Shown here: positions 19,294 to 28,196 of the stretch, piece by piece
Layout: every line of letters begins with the position of its first letter
Numbering within the stretch: position 1 is the first letter of the stretch
IMG/VR virus record: IMGVR_UViG_3300033233_000020
Location: 31,071 to 95,070 of that record
Direction: 5' to 3' (one strand)
Source of the DNA: a virus
DNA length: 64,000 bases
Translations under genes and position numbers: made by a program
The notes under the pieces: model-generated
The model's database searches: none
What the model was told of the DNA's origin: nothing
Seen by the model: only the letters and a program-made list of their open reading frames with translations

Positions 19294-19864
19294 CGACTAT
19301 AGCCCCCATCTGACGACCGATACCAGCGATGTCATATTGCTGTGGATTTAAGGCATCTTCAAGAGCACTACGCAGGGCGACATTTTCAAGACCTTGTGCC
19401 TGAAGCATGGTGCCAGGGAAATAAGAGTTGGGTGCACCACCGGCAAGCATACCCTTGTTAATTAAATCCCTTTGGACATTTTGCTGAAGAATCTGTTGTT
19501 GCTGTAAAGCTTGATCCTGTGGTGGGATGTACGGTTTCTCTAGAGAAGATACAGCTAAACCAGATAGAACAGACGCAACAATGTTGGTGGGTATCTCTAG
19601 GGAAGAGCGTGGGTTCTCGGTTCGTATCTTACCAGTTGCCGTATCTTTTATCTGCACTGGTGACTTGGGGCGCAAACCACGCACTGCAAGAGTTGCTGGA
19701 TATGAAAATAAAAAGTCTGCCGCACCGTATTTTAATGCTGCCCCAGGATCACCAGCCAATAAACCCATGCCTGTAGTGAGGGCTGCACTGATACCAGCAT
19801 CCATAGCCACTCCAGGATTCTTCTTGATCAGGTTCATTAAACCCTGGAAAACCTGGCCTTTCAT
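19286..19864 (-). CDS. Putative virion protein
   Basis: ORF coupled to the downstream gene; TATAAT upstream. Confidence 0.55.
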   Translation of the reverse strand: MKGQVFQGLMNLIKKNPGVAMDAGISAALTTGMGLLAGDPGAALKYGAADFLFSYPATLAVRGLRPKSPVQIKDTATGKIRTENPRSSLEIPTNIVASVLSGLAVSSLEKPYIPPQDQALQQQQILQQNVQRDLINKGMLAGGAPNSYFPGTMLQAQGLENVALRSALEDALNPQQYDIAGIGRQMGAIVGV

Positions 19865-19899
19865 ATACGTATCTTTTTACTTATTATACGAGACTTAAA

Positions 19900-20472
19900 T
19901 TAAGTATTCTCAGGACGCTCTTCTTTTTTCTTATCAAATCCTGATTCACCGGACAACAAGCTTGCAACAGACACGTTGCCATCCGCTTCATTTTCTACGC
20001 GGCTTTCAGCAGCAGCCATAATATTACCCTTGGGATCTGGATTACGTACACTGGGAAGTGGGTTTCTAACTTTATCTTTTTGTGAAATTGTTGGGCTTAA
20101 ACGATAAGCATCTACCCAAGTCTCTTTGAAATCAGGAGCAGATTTAAAATTCATATTTGTCCTGGCGCGGCCTAGATCAAAATCAAATAACTCAGAACGT
20201 TCAGTATCAAAACGACCAAGGCCAGCAAAGACCTCATACTCTTCTGGTTGATTGCCTACAAAATTAAGACGAGGATTAAGAGCAAGCTTTCGTGTTACTA
20301 GTTTGTTACTTAGTTCTCTTGCGCCAAACCTATTAATATTAAAGGGAGGTTCGCCTTCAGAAGATTTAGCTTGAAATGAATCAGCGTAGTCAACTTTCTT
20401 TTGCTTTAGAAAAGATTGCCCTACTTCATCAATGTAATCAGAAGGATTACTTAGTCGGCTATCTCTTGGCAT
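19900..20472 (-). CDS. Hypothetical protein
   Basis: 190-aa ORF; start overlaps upstream stop (TAATG). Confidence 0.6.
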   Translation of the reverse strand: MPRDSRLSNPSDYIDEVGQSFLKQKKVDYADSFQAKSSEGEPPFNINRFGARELSNKLVTRKLALNPRLNFVGNQPEEYEVFAGLGRFDTERSELFDFDLGRARTNMNFKSAPDFKETWVDAYRLSPTISQKDKVRNPLPSVRNPDPKGNIMAAAESRVENEADGNVSVASLLSGESGFDKKKEERPENT

Positions 20473-20708
20473 TAGCTATTTTCCTTTTCAGATTTTTTCT
20501 TCTTATGTAAGCCTACTAGCGTTTGACGCAACCGCGCTTGTTTCACCGTTTTTTCGTCATACTTATCAGGGCTGCCCAATACGTTTGACTGAAGTTGTGC
20601 CGATGTGATACCACGGCGCTTTGCTTTTGCTGTAAATGCACCTTCCTTCATCTCAGTCTTTTGAATCCACTTCTTATCTTTTTTCTTTTTATTGTCAGCC
20701 ATGATCAA
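20472..20708 (-). CDS. Small highly basic protein
   Basis: KKWIQ..MKEGAFTAKAKRRG...KQARLRQTL; likely start ATG at 20702. Confidence 0.7.
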   Translation of the reverse strand: MIMADNKKKKDKKWIQKTEMKEGAFTAKAKRRGITSAQLQSNVLGSPDKYDEKTVKQARLRQTLVGLHKKKKSEKENS

Positions 20709-23700
20709 CCCCTCTGGTAAAACACATTGCGTTGAATGGGTTTTACAGTCTGACTTAGTGGAACCATTCTACCCTGCCTACGCACCATACGTTCCTTGGG
20801 TTGACGATCAGCAAAACTCCAAGTATCGACTTCATCTTCGTCAAGTAAATCTTTACGTGGATTCTTTTTAAGCACGTAGTTTTCTGCTGTATCCCGCTCC
20901 AAGGCTTTTGTATAGAAATCTAAAGCAGAGTCAGGTGTGTAACCCCTGGGCGAAAGGGGATTAGTTTCCAGTACTCCTGGTATCACGGGTTGATCACTCC
21001 CTCCTGGTACGCGCACTTTATTTATTGCTCTGTTAATAGTCGGCCCCGGTTGTACACCGCGCTTATAAGCAGCTTGTGCCATCAGTTTATTACCAAAATC
21101 CTGAAGTTGTGCACCAGTTGTACCATAACGGGAAACAGTTTCTGATTCACTCAGGTTACCAAGGCCAGCGGGGATAACCCCCATGCCTTCACCAAGATTT
21201 AACGCACCACGAACAACGCGTCCCCCAGGAGTTAAGTTTGCATTTAAAGCAAGTTGATTACGCTCTTGTAATTGACGTTGAGAAGTTGGTTCAAGTAAAA
21301 CTTTAAGTTGCCCTGGAGTATACTGATAGTTTCCTTCAAGGACACGAGATGCAGGCCCCGATGCAGCAGCGGCTGATCCTGTGTATGGATTAGACGTACG
21401 TGCTGTAGAACCTGTGCTAATTCTTGCGTTTCTAGCTCCAGGGGTTTCCATTTCCCTGCGTAACTTAGACATCAAGGAACCAACTTGAGTATTAGCTGTT
21501 CCCGTAAAATTAACACCTTGATTTTGTGCTAATTCAATAAGCCTTTGTTGGGAAGTAGTACTTATACGTGGCGTAAAGAACGCAACGTTTCTTTTATCCG
21601 GATAATCTTCCCCAATGGTCATGGGATCAACACCACCGCCACCCGTGGTTTCATAACGCCCTGGGATTGGAATTTTTTCATCATCAGTTGCATATACAAT
21701 GTAACCGCCCCGATTAGTTACCATCTTGCCTTTTTCATCGCGCAAAGGAACTAATCGACCATCTGAATCAACTTTAAATTTCTTACCGTAAACCGGAGTA
21801 TTTTTTTCAGTTTTTAAAAGATTCATTGCAAACGTAGTACCGGCTTTGTCTATACCGTAATCACCTTCTTTTAAAATAGGAAGATTAATTCCTTTTTTAT
21901 TCATCAAGAAATTATCAATTCTTTCTGTAATAAAATTTTGATAATGATAAGGCTCGCCTATATCAGCCAAGGTAAGACCTTGCTTAAGTCCTGTGGTTAA
22001 TAGCTCCGGATCTACACGCCGCAGATAAGCAGCCTTTTCTTTGGGATTATTGAAATATGCGTCTTTAGCAGCTTCTGCTTCATCCTGTAGTTCAGAACGA
22101 GATAAAGTTAGTTTTGTAAGGGGCGCATTTGGAACATCAACAAAGGGACTGCCTGCCGCATCTGGCTTAACGCCAGGAATGCGACTACGACGATAACCAA
22201 CTAATGGCTCTTCTTCGTCCAGGAGTTCTTTACCTGGTGCAGAATACAACAAACCATCATCACCCTTTATTACACCTGAATTCTTTCGCCATTCTGATAC
22301 TGGTTGGGTCGTGAGAAACTGGCTAACATTAACTTGATCTGATTGAGAACCACCAACAAGCTTGCTTCCCTGTGTGTTGATATCTGCAGATACTACCCTT
22401 TTGTTTTGCCGATTACCGACTTCAAGCGATTTAAGATAGCTGCTCAAATTAGCATCAGCATTTAATTTACCTTTTAATGCATTTGCTTCTTCAAAAGAAA
22501 TAGCATCAGCATTTAATAAAGCGTTGATGTTTTTAATTTCTTCTTCATAACTTGGCGCGGCAACTATACCTCTCGTCTGAGCATTATCTGCATCCCGGCG
22601 CAAGGGAAGAACAACGTCCTGGAACCGCTCCTCACGTTCAGATCCAGAAGCAGCCCCTCTCATTGTTTGGGTAGCTCCAGGGATCATAGTTGTTCCTTGG
22701 TTGGTTTTTTCTTTAAACGCTTCTGTCTCAATTAAAAGATTACCAACACCTTCCGTGTCTCCATATTCAGCGCCACCATACTTACCGCCCGTCATCACTT
22801 CGGTTGGATCAATATTTACATCATCAACCATTTGAACAAAATTACCTGTATTGGGATCACGTACAAGACCTGCTTCATTTAACTGTTCTATTTGCCTGAG
22901 TTGCTGCCAATCTGTAGTGTCAACAAGATTTGTCAACCCTTCACCACCAGCGCCTCTGGTCTGTTTGGAATAAGTAGGACTACCTGGCATCGAAGCTGCT
23001 GCGCCACCAGCAATTTCAAAGGTTGGGTTTGCACTCACACGACCCGCTCGCTCCTCAGGGGCTTCTCCAAGATACTTTTTAAGATCTTCAGTTTTGATAT
23101 TAGGATTCAGAAACATATCTCGCATTTCCCTTGGATAAGACACCGAAGCCATGGTGCGATCTAGGATCTCTTGCGGGCTAAGACGATTTATACCAATGCC
23201 TTCACGTCCAGCAGAATCAGAAAATTCAGCAAGCCTGACTTGATTCCCACGAACGTTTACTCCTAATGCTCTTAATTTTTTAGCATCTTCAGCAGAGCGA
23301 AGTGAAAGAGTACCTGTTAAGTCAGCAGCAATTCTACCACCTTTTTCGTAGATATTTTCTTGATACCTTCGATTTGCATTTCCCATCTCTTCTAACAGTT
23401 CTTCTGTCTCCCAAGGGTTACTTGTAAGTACGGAGGGCTTCCTTTTAACTTGATCAACAGGGGAACCATCTGGTAATTGAGAAGCAACGCGAGCAGCTTC
23501 AGCAGAAACATTTTCTGCTTGTCGACTAAACCTTACAAAATCGGTATCTGGTTTGGTGTGTTGCGTGACGTTCCCAGTAGTTTGGTCAACAGGAACACCA
23601 TCTGGTAATTGAGAAGCAACACGATTGATTGGCTCATCTTGCTCCATCATCCAATTACGTTGCTCACTTGCAATATCTTCAAGTATTTCAATTTGGCCTA

Positions 23701-24280
23701 GATCAAGATCTTCATTACGTTGTAATTGATTTTTTACACGGCCTGTTGCTTGGTCTTCCCCAGACTCCAAAGCAGCTATAGCTTGTCTTACATTGAACCC
23801 ACCAGTTGTCTGTTGTTGATCAACAAGAGTATTGGCGATATCTACTTTGCTAAGAACATCAGCCACTGCATCATCAACTGCGGAGCTAATATCCACTGCT
23901 TGTTTTACAGGTGCTACTGGAGCATCCATAACGACTTTTGAAGGTGCTACGGATGTTGGTTTGGTCCTCCCGGCTTCCCTTATTTGTTCTGTGTCATATT
24001 TTGATAAATCAAATGAGGAAACACCCGACTGACCGGTCGCCTTGCCAGATCGCAACATGCGTCGAGCAGCAAGACCTGCTCCAGTAAGCCCAGCAAGACC
24101 TAAACCTATTCCAAGTCCAAGAGCTAAGGGGTTGCTGTTACTGGATTCTTGTGATTTAAGTTGATTGCGCCGAAATTCCAAAACCTCAGGCGCTTGTTGA
24201 GCACGTTCTTCCGGTGATTCTGGGTAAGGTTGTCCCGTTGCACGGGAATAAGCGTAAAAATCAGCAGGAGCAAGTGCCAC
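20705..24280 (-). CDS. Large (1191 aa) probable internal virion/ejection protein
   Basis: Long ORF; one N-terminal TM (LALGLGIGLGLAGLTGAGLAA); internal RVASQLPDGxPVDQ duplication. Confidence 0.65.
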   Translation of the reverse strand: MALAPADFYAYSRATGQPYPESPEERAQQAPEVLEFRRNQLKSQESSNSNPLALGLGIGLGLAGLTGAGLAARRMLRSGKATGQSGVSSFDLSKYDTEQIREAGRTKPTSVAPSKVVMDAPVAPVKQAVDISSAVDDAVADVLSKVDIANTLVDQQQTTGGFNVRQAIAALESGEDQATGRVKNQLQRNEDLDLGQIEILEDIASEQRNWMMEQDEPINRVASQLPDGVPVDQTTGNVTQHTKPDTDFVRFSRQAENVSAEAARVASQLPDGSPVDQVKRKPSVLTSNPWETEELLEEMGNANRRYQENIYEKGGRIAADLTGTLSLRSAEDAKKLRALGVNVRGNQVRLAEFSDSAGREGIGINRLSPQEILDRTMASVSYPREMRDMFLNPNIKTEDLKKYLGEAPEERAGRVSANPTFEIAGGAAASMPGSPTYSKQTRGAGGEGLTNLVDTTDWQQLRQIEQLNEAGLVRDPNTGNFVQMVDDVNIDPTEVMTGGKYGGAEYGDTEGVGNLLIETEAFKEKTNQGTTMIPGATQTMRGAASGSEREERFQDVVLPLRRDADNAQTRGIVAAPSYEEEIKNINALLNADAISFEEANALKGKLNADANLSSYLKSLEVGNRQNKRVVSADINTQGSKLVGGSQSDQVNVSQFLTTQPVSEWRKNSGVIKGDDGLLYSAPGKELLDEEEPLVGYRRSRIPGVKPDAAGSPFVDVPNAPLTKLTLSRSELQDEAEAAKDAYFNNPKEKAAYLRRVDPELLTTGLKQGLTLADIGEPYHYQNFITERIDNFLMNKKGINLPILKEGDYGIDKAGTTFAMNLLKTEKNTPVYGKKFKVDSDGRLVPLRDEKGKMVTNRGGYIVYATDDEKIPIPGRYETTGGGGVDPMTIGEDYPDKRNVAFFTPRISTTSQQRLIELAQNQGVNFTGTANTQVGSLMSKLRREMETPGARNARISTGSTARTSNPYTGSAAAASGPASRVLEGNYQYTPGQLKVLLEPTSQRQLQERNQLALNANLTPGGRVVRGALNLGEGMGVIPAGLGNLSESETVSRYGTTGAQLQDFGNKLMAQAAYKRGVQPGPTINRAINKVRVPGGSDQPVIPGVLETNPLSPRGYTPDSALDFYTKALERDTAENYVLKKNPRKDLLDEDEVDTWSFADRQPKERMVRRQGRMVPLSQTVKPIQRNVFYQRG

Positions 24281-24383
24281 TTATTGCAATAACCATGTTT
24301 CTATACACTTATTTTAAATGTAAAAATTTAAAACGGATCAAATGCTATAGACTATATAGATACTGAGTACCGCACCAAGGCAA

Positions 24384-24614
24384 ATGCCAAGATATGGTGA
24401 AAAGACAGACAACGATATGTTGTTTGAACGCGCAGTTGCCTTTAAGGCTATCGCTACCAAGGCAGAAGAGCTTGGGGAAAAAGGAGCACTACCTTTTGAA
24501 GTACGTTCTTTCATCCAAGGGGCAAATAAAGAACTTGCAAATCAAGTGCCTGACCCTGAAATGTACAGCAAAGCGTTAAAAGTTGCAGCAACACAAAAAG
24601 TTAACAGAAGTTAA
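24384..24614 (+). CDS. Hypothetical protein
   Basis: 76-aa ORF preceded by a TAGACT -10 element. Confidence 0.55.
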   Translation: MPRYGEKTDNDMLFERAVAFKAIATKAEELGEKGALPFEVRSFIQGANKELANQVPDPEMYSKALKVAATQKVNRS

Positions 24615-24870
24615 ATAAAATAAACGCAAATTTGGGGTAAAAATTAGGGCTAAGGCCCTTTTTTACTGACATTTTTTAATGTAAATAATTTTTTATAGTT
24701 TTTATTCAACATGTAATCTGTATTTGTACTAGGACGTTTTTGTACATACAAAAAGCCTCACTTTTTTACCTATTAGGGGTAAGATTTACTCAACCCTTCT
24801 CACATACCCTACCCGAATATAAGTACGTAGAGAAAAAAAGAAAGGCGGGATGGGTTGAATAAGAGTAACG

Positions 24871-24900
24871 GGGGCTGCGCATCCGAGCAACGCAGAAAAC
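24871..24900 (+). repeat. Early 5' hairpin motif A, copy 1
   Basis: GGGGCTGCGCATC-N6-ACGCAGAAAAC; CTGCG/CGCAG stem. Confidence 0.65.
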
Positions 24901-24918
24901 CAACGCACTTTCAGTCAA

Positions 24919-25209
24919 ATGACACCAGCAACAACAGCAACAGCACCAACAGCTAAGTGGAAGCATAACTGGCGTGAATCAACTGGCAACAGGCCAGTAG
25001 ACGCCAAGCTTTTCCACAGCTATGTGGAACAAGCGTATGAATTACTTAAGGAGTTTACTTCAGCAGACTTCTTATACCACGATGTGCGAGAGGTTTGCCA
25101 ACCACAGTATCTGTTCAGTGTCGTATCTGACATGACTGAGTGTAAGCTCAGCATGAAGATATATAACACTGAGTCAGGACTACGCGTCATTACCATCCAT
25201 AAGGTATAA
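24919..25209 (+). CDS. Early hypothetical protein
   Basis: ATG ORF after motif A1. Confidence 0.6.
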   Translation: MTPATTATAPTAKWKHNWRESTGNRPVDAKLFHSYVEQAYELLKEFTSADFLYHDVREVCQPQYLFSVVSDMTECKLSMKIYNTESGLRVITIHKV

Positions 25210-25303
25210 TACCAGCCAATAAGCTGTCGTTCACCCCAAACCCCTTGCTATCACTACGTTCTTATACCCATTTAGGCTAAGTATCTAGGTGGGGCAAATA
25301 AGA

Positions 25304-25332
25304 TTGTCGTAGCAATTAGGGCTATGTATAAA
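25304..25332 (+). promoter_or_regulatory. Sigma70-type early promoter
   Basis: TTGTCG-N17-TATAAA immediately before motif A2. Confidence 0.55.
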
Positions 25333-25334
25333 CA

Positions 25335-25364
25335 GGGGCTGCGCATCTGTAACACGCAGACAAC
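25335..25364 (+). repeat. Early 5' hairpin motif A, copy 2
   Basis: GGGGCTGCGCATC-N6-ACGCAGACAAC. Confidence 0.65.
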
Positions 25365-25383
25365 TCACTTGCCTATCAACATC

Positions 25384-25605
25384 ATGGATTACAACTTTTG
25401 GGATCCTAGTAAAGACTCCCTTTGGGGAGTTTACGAGAAAGGACAATGCGTTTATGTTTATTGCTCCAAGCTTGAAGCTCAATTTGCTGCCGAAGACATT
25501 GGCGGTCAATTGGTTGAAGTCAGCAATCAAGAGCTGCCAGACTTTTGGTTTTACAACGCAGGTCTCAATTTAATTCGCACAGGTTGTTATCACCAAGTCT
25601 ACTGA
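25384..25605 (+). CDS. Early hypothetical protein
   Basis: MDYNFWDPSK...; start reassigned downstream of motif A2. Confidence 0.6.
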   Translation: MDYNFWDPSKDSLWGVYEKGQCVYVYCSKLEAQFAAEDIGGQLVEVSNQELPDFWFYNAGLNLIRTGCYHQVY

Positions 25606-25678
25606 ACTGTAGTACTCCGTTTGCGGAGGGCCAGGTGCAACTCCTGGCTTCAGTTATTGCCTCCAGCGGAGATAGGCA
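25601..25678 (+). ncRNA. tRNA-elbow-like element B1
   Basis: ACTGAA/TTCAGT, CTCCG/CGGAG, GCCAGG-TGCAACT-CCTGGC, plus a 3' hairpin. Confidence 0.65.
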
Positions 25679-25698
25679 CCGCACACACGGAGAACACC

Positions 25699-25917
25699 GT
25701 GACCAACACTACTACAGCTACACTTCCTACCAGGGAAGAGCTAGCTAACACGGCCTACGATCTCATCCAGTTCTGGATGGAGTCAGGCCACTCGCAACTA
25801 CTAAGCCGTGAGCAAGCACTTGAGATTGCCGCATGGGGTCTCAAGATTGCTGGCGAACGCGAGTTGCAAGCCCAAGTTCTTGCGGAGCTTGTAGAGCTTC
25901 CCGAGAACTACGGCTGA
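25699..25917 (+). CDS. Early hypothetical protein
   Basis: GTG start with GGAG RBS. Confidence 0.6.
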   Translation: MTNTTTATLPTREELANTAYDLIQFWMESGHSQLLSREQALEIAAWGLKIAGERELQAQVLAELVELPENYG

Positions 25918-25980
25918 TCCGTCAAAGCGGAAGGCAGGGTGCAATTCCCTGCTCAGCAATTACCACTCACTGAGAGTGGT
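25913..25980 (+). ncRNA. tRNA-elbow-like element B2
   Basis: GCTGA/TCAGC, TCCG/CGGA, GCAGGG-TGCAATT-CCCTGC, ACCACTC-ACTGA-GAGTGGT. Confidence 0.65.
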
Positions 25981-25993
25981 CAACTCAACCGTC

Positions 25994-26182
25994 ATGTCTA
26001 ACTACAAAACATTCAGCTTCGCTGTCACAGGCGTTGTAGCAACCATGGCTATTGTTTGTCACCTTGGTGTACAAGCACTAGACAAGGCTACAGCCGAACA
26101 ATGCAAGACACATGCATGGCCTCAGGTTGCACATCAAGTCCACATGGACTGGTGTGCAGACAATGGCTATGCAACCAACTGA
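25994..26182 (+). CDS. Small membrane-anchored protein
   Basis: N-terminal TM; C..H.WP...H..WC motif. Confidence 0.65.
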   Translation: MSNYKTFSFAVTGVVATMAIVCHLGVQALDKATAEQCKTHAWPQVAHQVHMDWCADNGYATN

Positions 26183-26247
26183 GTCCGTAAACACGGCACT
26201 GGGAGGTGTAAGTCCTCCCCCAGTTATTACCACCCACTGAGGGTGGT
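26177..26247 (+). ncRNA. tRNA-elbow-like element B3
   Basis: AACTG/CAGTT, CCGT/ACGG, GGGAGG-TGTAAGT-CCTCCC, ACCACCC-ACTGA-GGGTGGT. Confidence 0.65.
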
Positions 26248-26260
26248 TACACCACTGACC

Positions 26261-26413
26261 ATGGCTATCCGCAAAGCTATCGCCACTCAACTCTCCAATG
26301 CTGCCAAGGCTTTGGAGAAAGACCAGACTAAAGAGCAAGCCGGTAGGTTAATCAACAGCATGCGCATTGGCTTAGCTAATGTCATCATGCCTAACATACC
26401 GCTGGCTAAATAG
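26261..26413 (+). CDS. Small hypothetical protein (50 aa)
   Basis: Hand-translated MAIRKAIATQLSNAAKALEK... Confidence 0.55.
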   Translation: MAIRKAIATQLSNAAKALEKDQTKEQAGRLINSMRIGLANVIMPNIPLAK

Positions 26414-26473
26414 TACGCACGTACTACTCCCCTCCCACCCGCAAGGGTGGGCACACACCCCTAACTAATCACC

Positions 26474-26659
26474 ATGCTTCAACCTATTCTTGCGATTGTC
26501 ATGGGCACTGGTGCTGGCATGCTTCTAACCGTCGCCGGGCAGAAGCTACTCAACCAGCATTACCAGGAAACATGCCCATCCAAACCTACACATCAGCTAG
26601 TATCTATCACCAGCTTTATCGGTGATGCAGACTACTGTATCAACAAGAGTTGGCTCTGA
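26474..26659 (+). CDS. Small membrane protein
   Basis: N-terminal TM and two Cys. Confidence 0.6.
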   Translation: MLQPILAIVMGTGAGMLLTVAGQKLLNQHYQETCPSKPTHQLVSITSFIGDADYCINKSWL

Positions 26660-26666
26660 CACTTCT

Positions 26667-26693
26667 TGTCCTAAGCATGACATTAAACTGCTA
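26667..26693 (+). ncRNA. Pseudoknot motif E, copy 1
   Basis: TGTC-CTAAGCAT-GACA-TTAAAC-TGCTA. Confidence 0.75.
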
Positions 26694-26721
26694 CCAACTC
26701 AACCTAACCCAACTAAAGACC

Positions 26722-26934
26722 ATGTCTCAATCTATTTTCGAAATTGAAAACGCATACGTATGCGTCGTGAATGGTGAACCAGAACTATTTGAGACACAAC
26801 AACAAGCAGAAGATCATGCCATGGAACTTAGCTTTGCATGGTATGACGCACAGCTTGATGTCCCTGCTCCGCGATTAGCAGTTATGTCAGTCACCAACTG
26901 GCTAAACCTGCAATCACGATTAGCACTCGTCTGA
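26722..26934 (+). CDS. Early hypothetical protein
   Basis: ATG 28 nt after E1. Confidence 0.6.
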   Translation: MSQSIFEIENAYVCVVNGEPELFETQQQAEDHAMELSFAWYDAQLDVPAPRLAVMSVTNWLNLQSRLALV

Positions 26935-26980
26935 TGTTTGCCCAGAGGGCTTCGGCCCTCTCTGCAGATTTCATATCTGC
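26931..26980 (+). promoter_or_regulatory. Alternative-hairpin element D1
   Basis: AGAGGGC-TTCG-GCCCTCT then GCAGAT-TTCAT-ATCTGC. Confidence 0.55.
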
Positions 26981-27007
26981 TACTCAACTACAACCCAACT
27001 AGGAACT

Positions 27008-27250
27008 ATGTCTCCTTCAAGCGTTGAACATCTACTCACCCAGCAAGCTCGCCTTCTGGCACGTAGAGAAACACCAGTCATCGACCAAGAGCTTGAGAAC
27101 TTACGCCAATCGGCATTGGAAGTATTCTTCCAGTGGCAAGATGGCTTATGTGAGTTCCAAGATCTAACACCTTTCGTTGCCATCCTTGAGAAGAAGGTTG
27201 ATCTCAACCAGTCACTACTCAAGTGGGAACAAGAACACATCACTGACTGA
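27008..27250 (+). CDS. Early hypothetical protein
   Basis: AGGA RBS; helical 80 aa. Confidence 0.65.
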   Translation: MSPSSVEHLLTQQARLLARRETPVIDQELENLRQSALEVFFQWQDGLCEFQDLTPFVAILEKKVDLNQSLLKWEQEHITD

Positions 27251-27252
27251 TC

Positions 27253-27426
27253 ATGGAACAGTTAACTCTTCAACAAACGGCATTACTCAACCGTTACCAC
27301 CGTATTTATGCGGCATGGTTAAAGGTTGAGACTTATGAAATGGATGTCATGCTCTGCGCAGCTTACGCTTCCGCACTTGACACCTGCCTTGCTGCTGACT
27401 TTAATCCTTTTGATTACCCTGAATAG
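27253..27426 (+). CDS. Small hypothetical protein (57 aa)
   Basis: Hand-translated MEQLTLQQTALLNRYHRIY... Confidence 0.55.
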   Translation: MEQLTLQQTALLNRYHRIYAAWLKVETYEMDVMLCAAYASALDTCLAADFNPFDYPE

Positions 27427-27427
27427 A

Positions 27428-27485
27428 CTGATCTCTGCACTTAACCCTGAGTAACACCAGGGCTTTCTGCAGGGTTCACCCCTGC
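27428..27485 (+). promoter_or_regulatory. Alternative-hairpin element D2
   Basis: CCCTG/CAGGG then GCAGGG-TTCAC-CCCTGC. Confidence 0.55.
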
Positions 27486-27511
27486 TCAACACTCACATCA
27501 TTCACAGCACC

Positions 27512-27745
27512 ATGAAAGCATTACTCCTTGCATTAGTTCTGACAACACCCGCCATTGCTCAATCTATTGATCCTATTGCATATGGCGAAAGGTATTGTCT
27601 ATTACGTAAATTGAATATTGATTCTGCAACGGCACGTAAAACTGCTGTTGAATACAGCTATGATACACACCGTAGCCTGGTAAATAGCAAAGAAGATATT
27701 TCTGCTGCTGCTAAATACACAGTTAAGAACTGTCCTGACTTCTAA
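27512..27745 (+). CDS. Small secreted protein
   Basis: Signal peptide MKALLLALVLTTPAIA; YC...CP. Confidence 0.7.
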   Translation: MKALLLALVLTTPAIAQSIDPIAYGERYCLLRKLNIDSATARKTAVEYSYDTHRSLVNSKEDISAAAKYTVKNCPDF

Positions 27746-27774
27746 CCTGAACTACTCACACCTTTGTTAACAGC

Positions 27775-27966
27775 ATGAAACAAATCATCTCACTTGGTAA
27801 CAACCGCTACATTCACCTAGACACTTATGGTGGATACAGGGAATCCCCTCTGTCTAAACTCGTCATGACAACCCTTGTACTAGCTATTGCAGGAATTACT
27901 GCAGGAGCTATGGTTGGCATTGACAGCACCAAGATCAACCCACCTACTCAACACCAAACCAAATGA
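27775..27966 (+). CDS. Small membrane protein
   Basis: Single TM. Confidence 0.6.
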   Translation: MKQIISLGNNRYIHLDTYGGYRESPLSKLVMTTLVLAIAGITAGAMVGIDSTKINPPTQHQTK

Positions 27967-28196
27967 ACACCTATGTAGCACTCATTGCAGATGACAGTGG
28001 CAGATACTGTCACGTCTATGGCACTGCAAACACATGGCATAATTACGTAGACCAACTCGAAGAGCTGGGCTGCGAAGTTGTCGAAAATCAAACCGACGAC
28101 TATGACATACAAGACCTTGGTACCATCGACGATGAAATAGGCGTGGTACCCATCACCAAGCTACTAACATCCACTGACTTTATCCCCTGCAGATAA
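27963..28196 (+). CDS. Acidic hypothetical protein
   Basis: ATGA overlap with upstream gene. Confidence 0.6.
   Translation: MNTYVALIADDSGRYCHVYGTANTWHNYVDQLEELGCEVVENQTDDYDIQDLGTIDDEIGVVPITKLLTSTDFIPCR

Noticed and set aside
26931-26980. Hammerhead ribozyme at CTGATG
   Set aside because: Core CUGANGA and GAAA are missing
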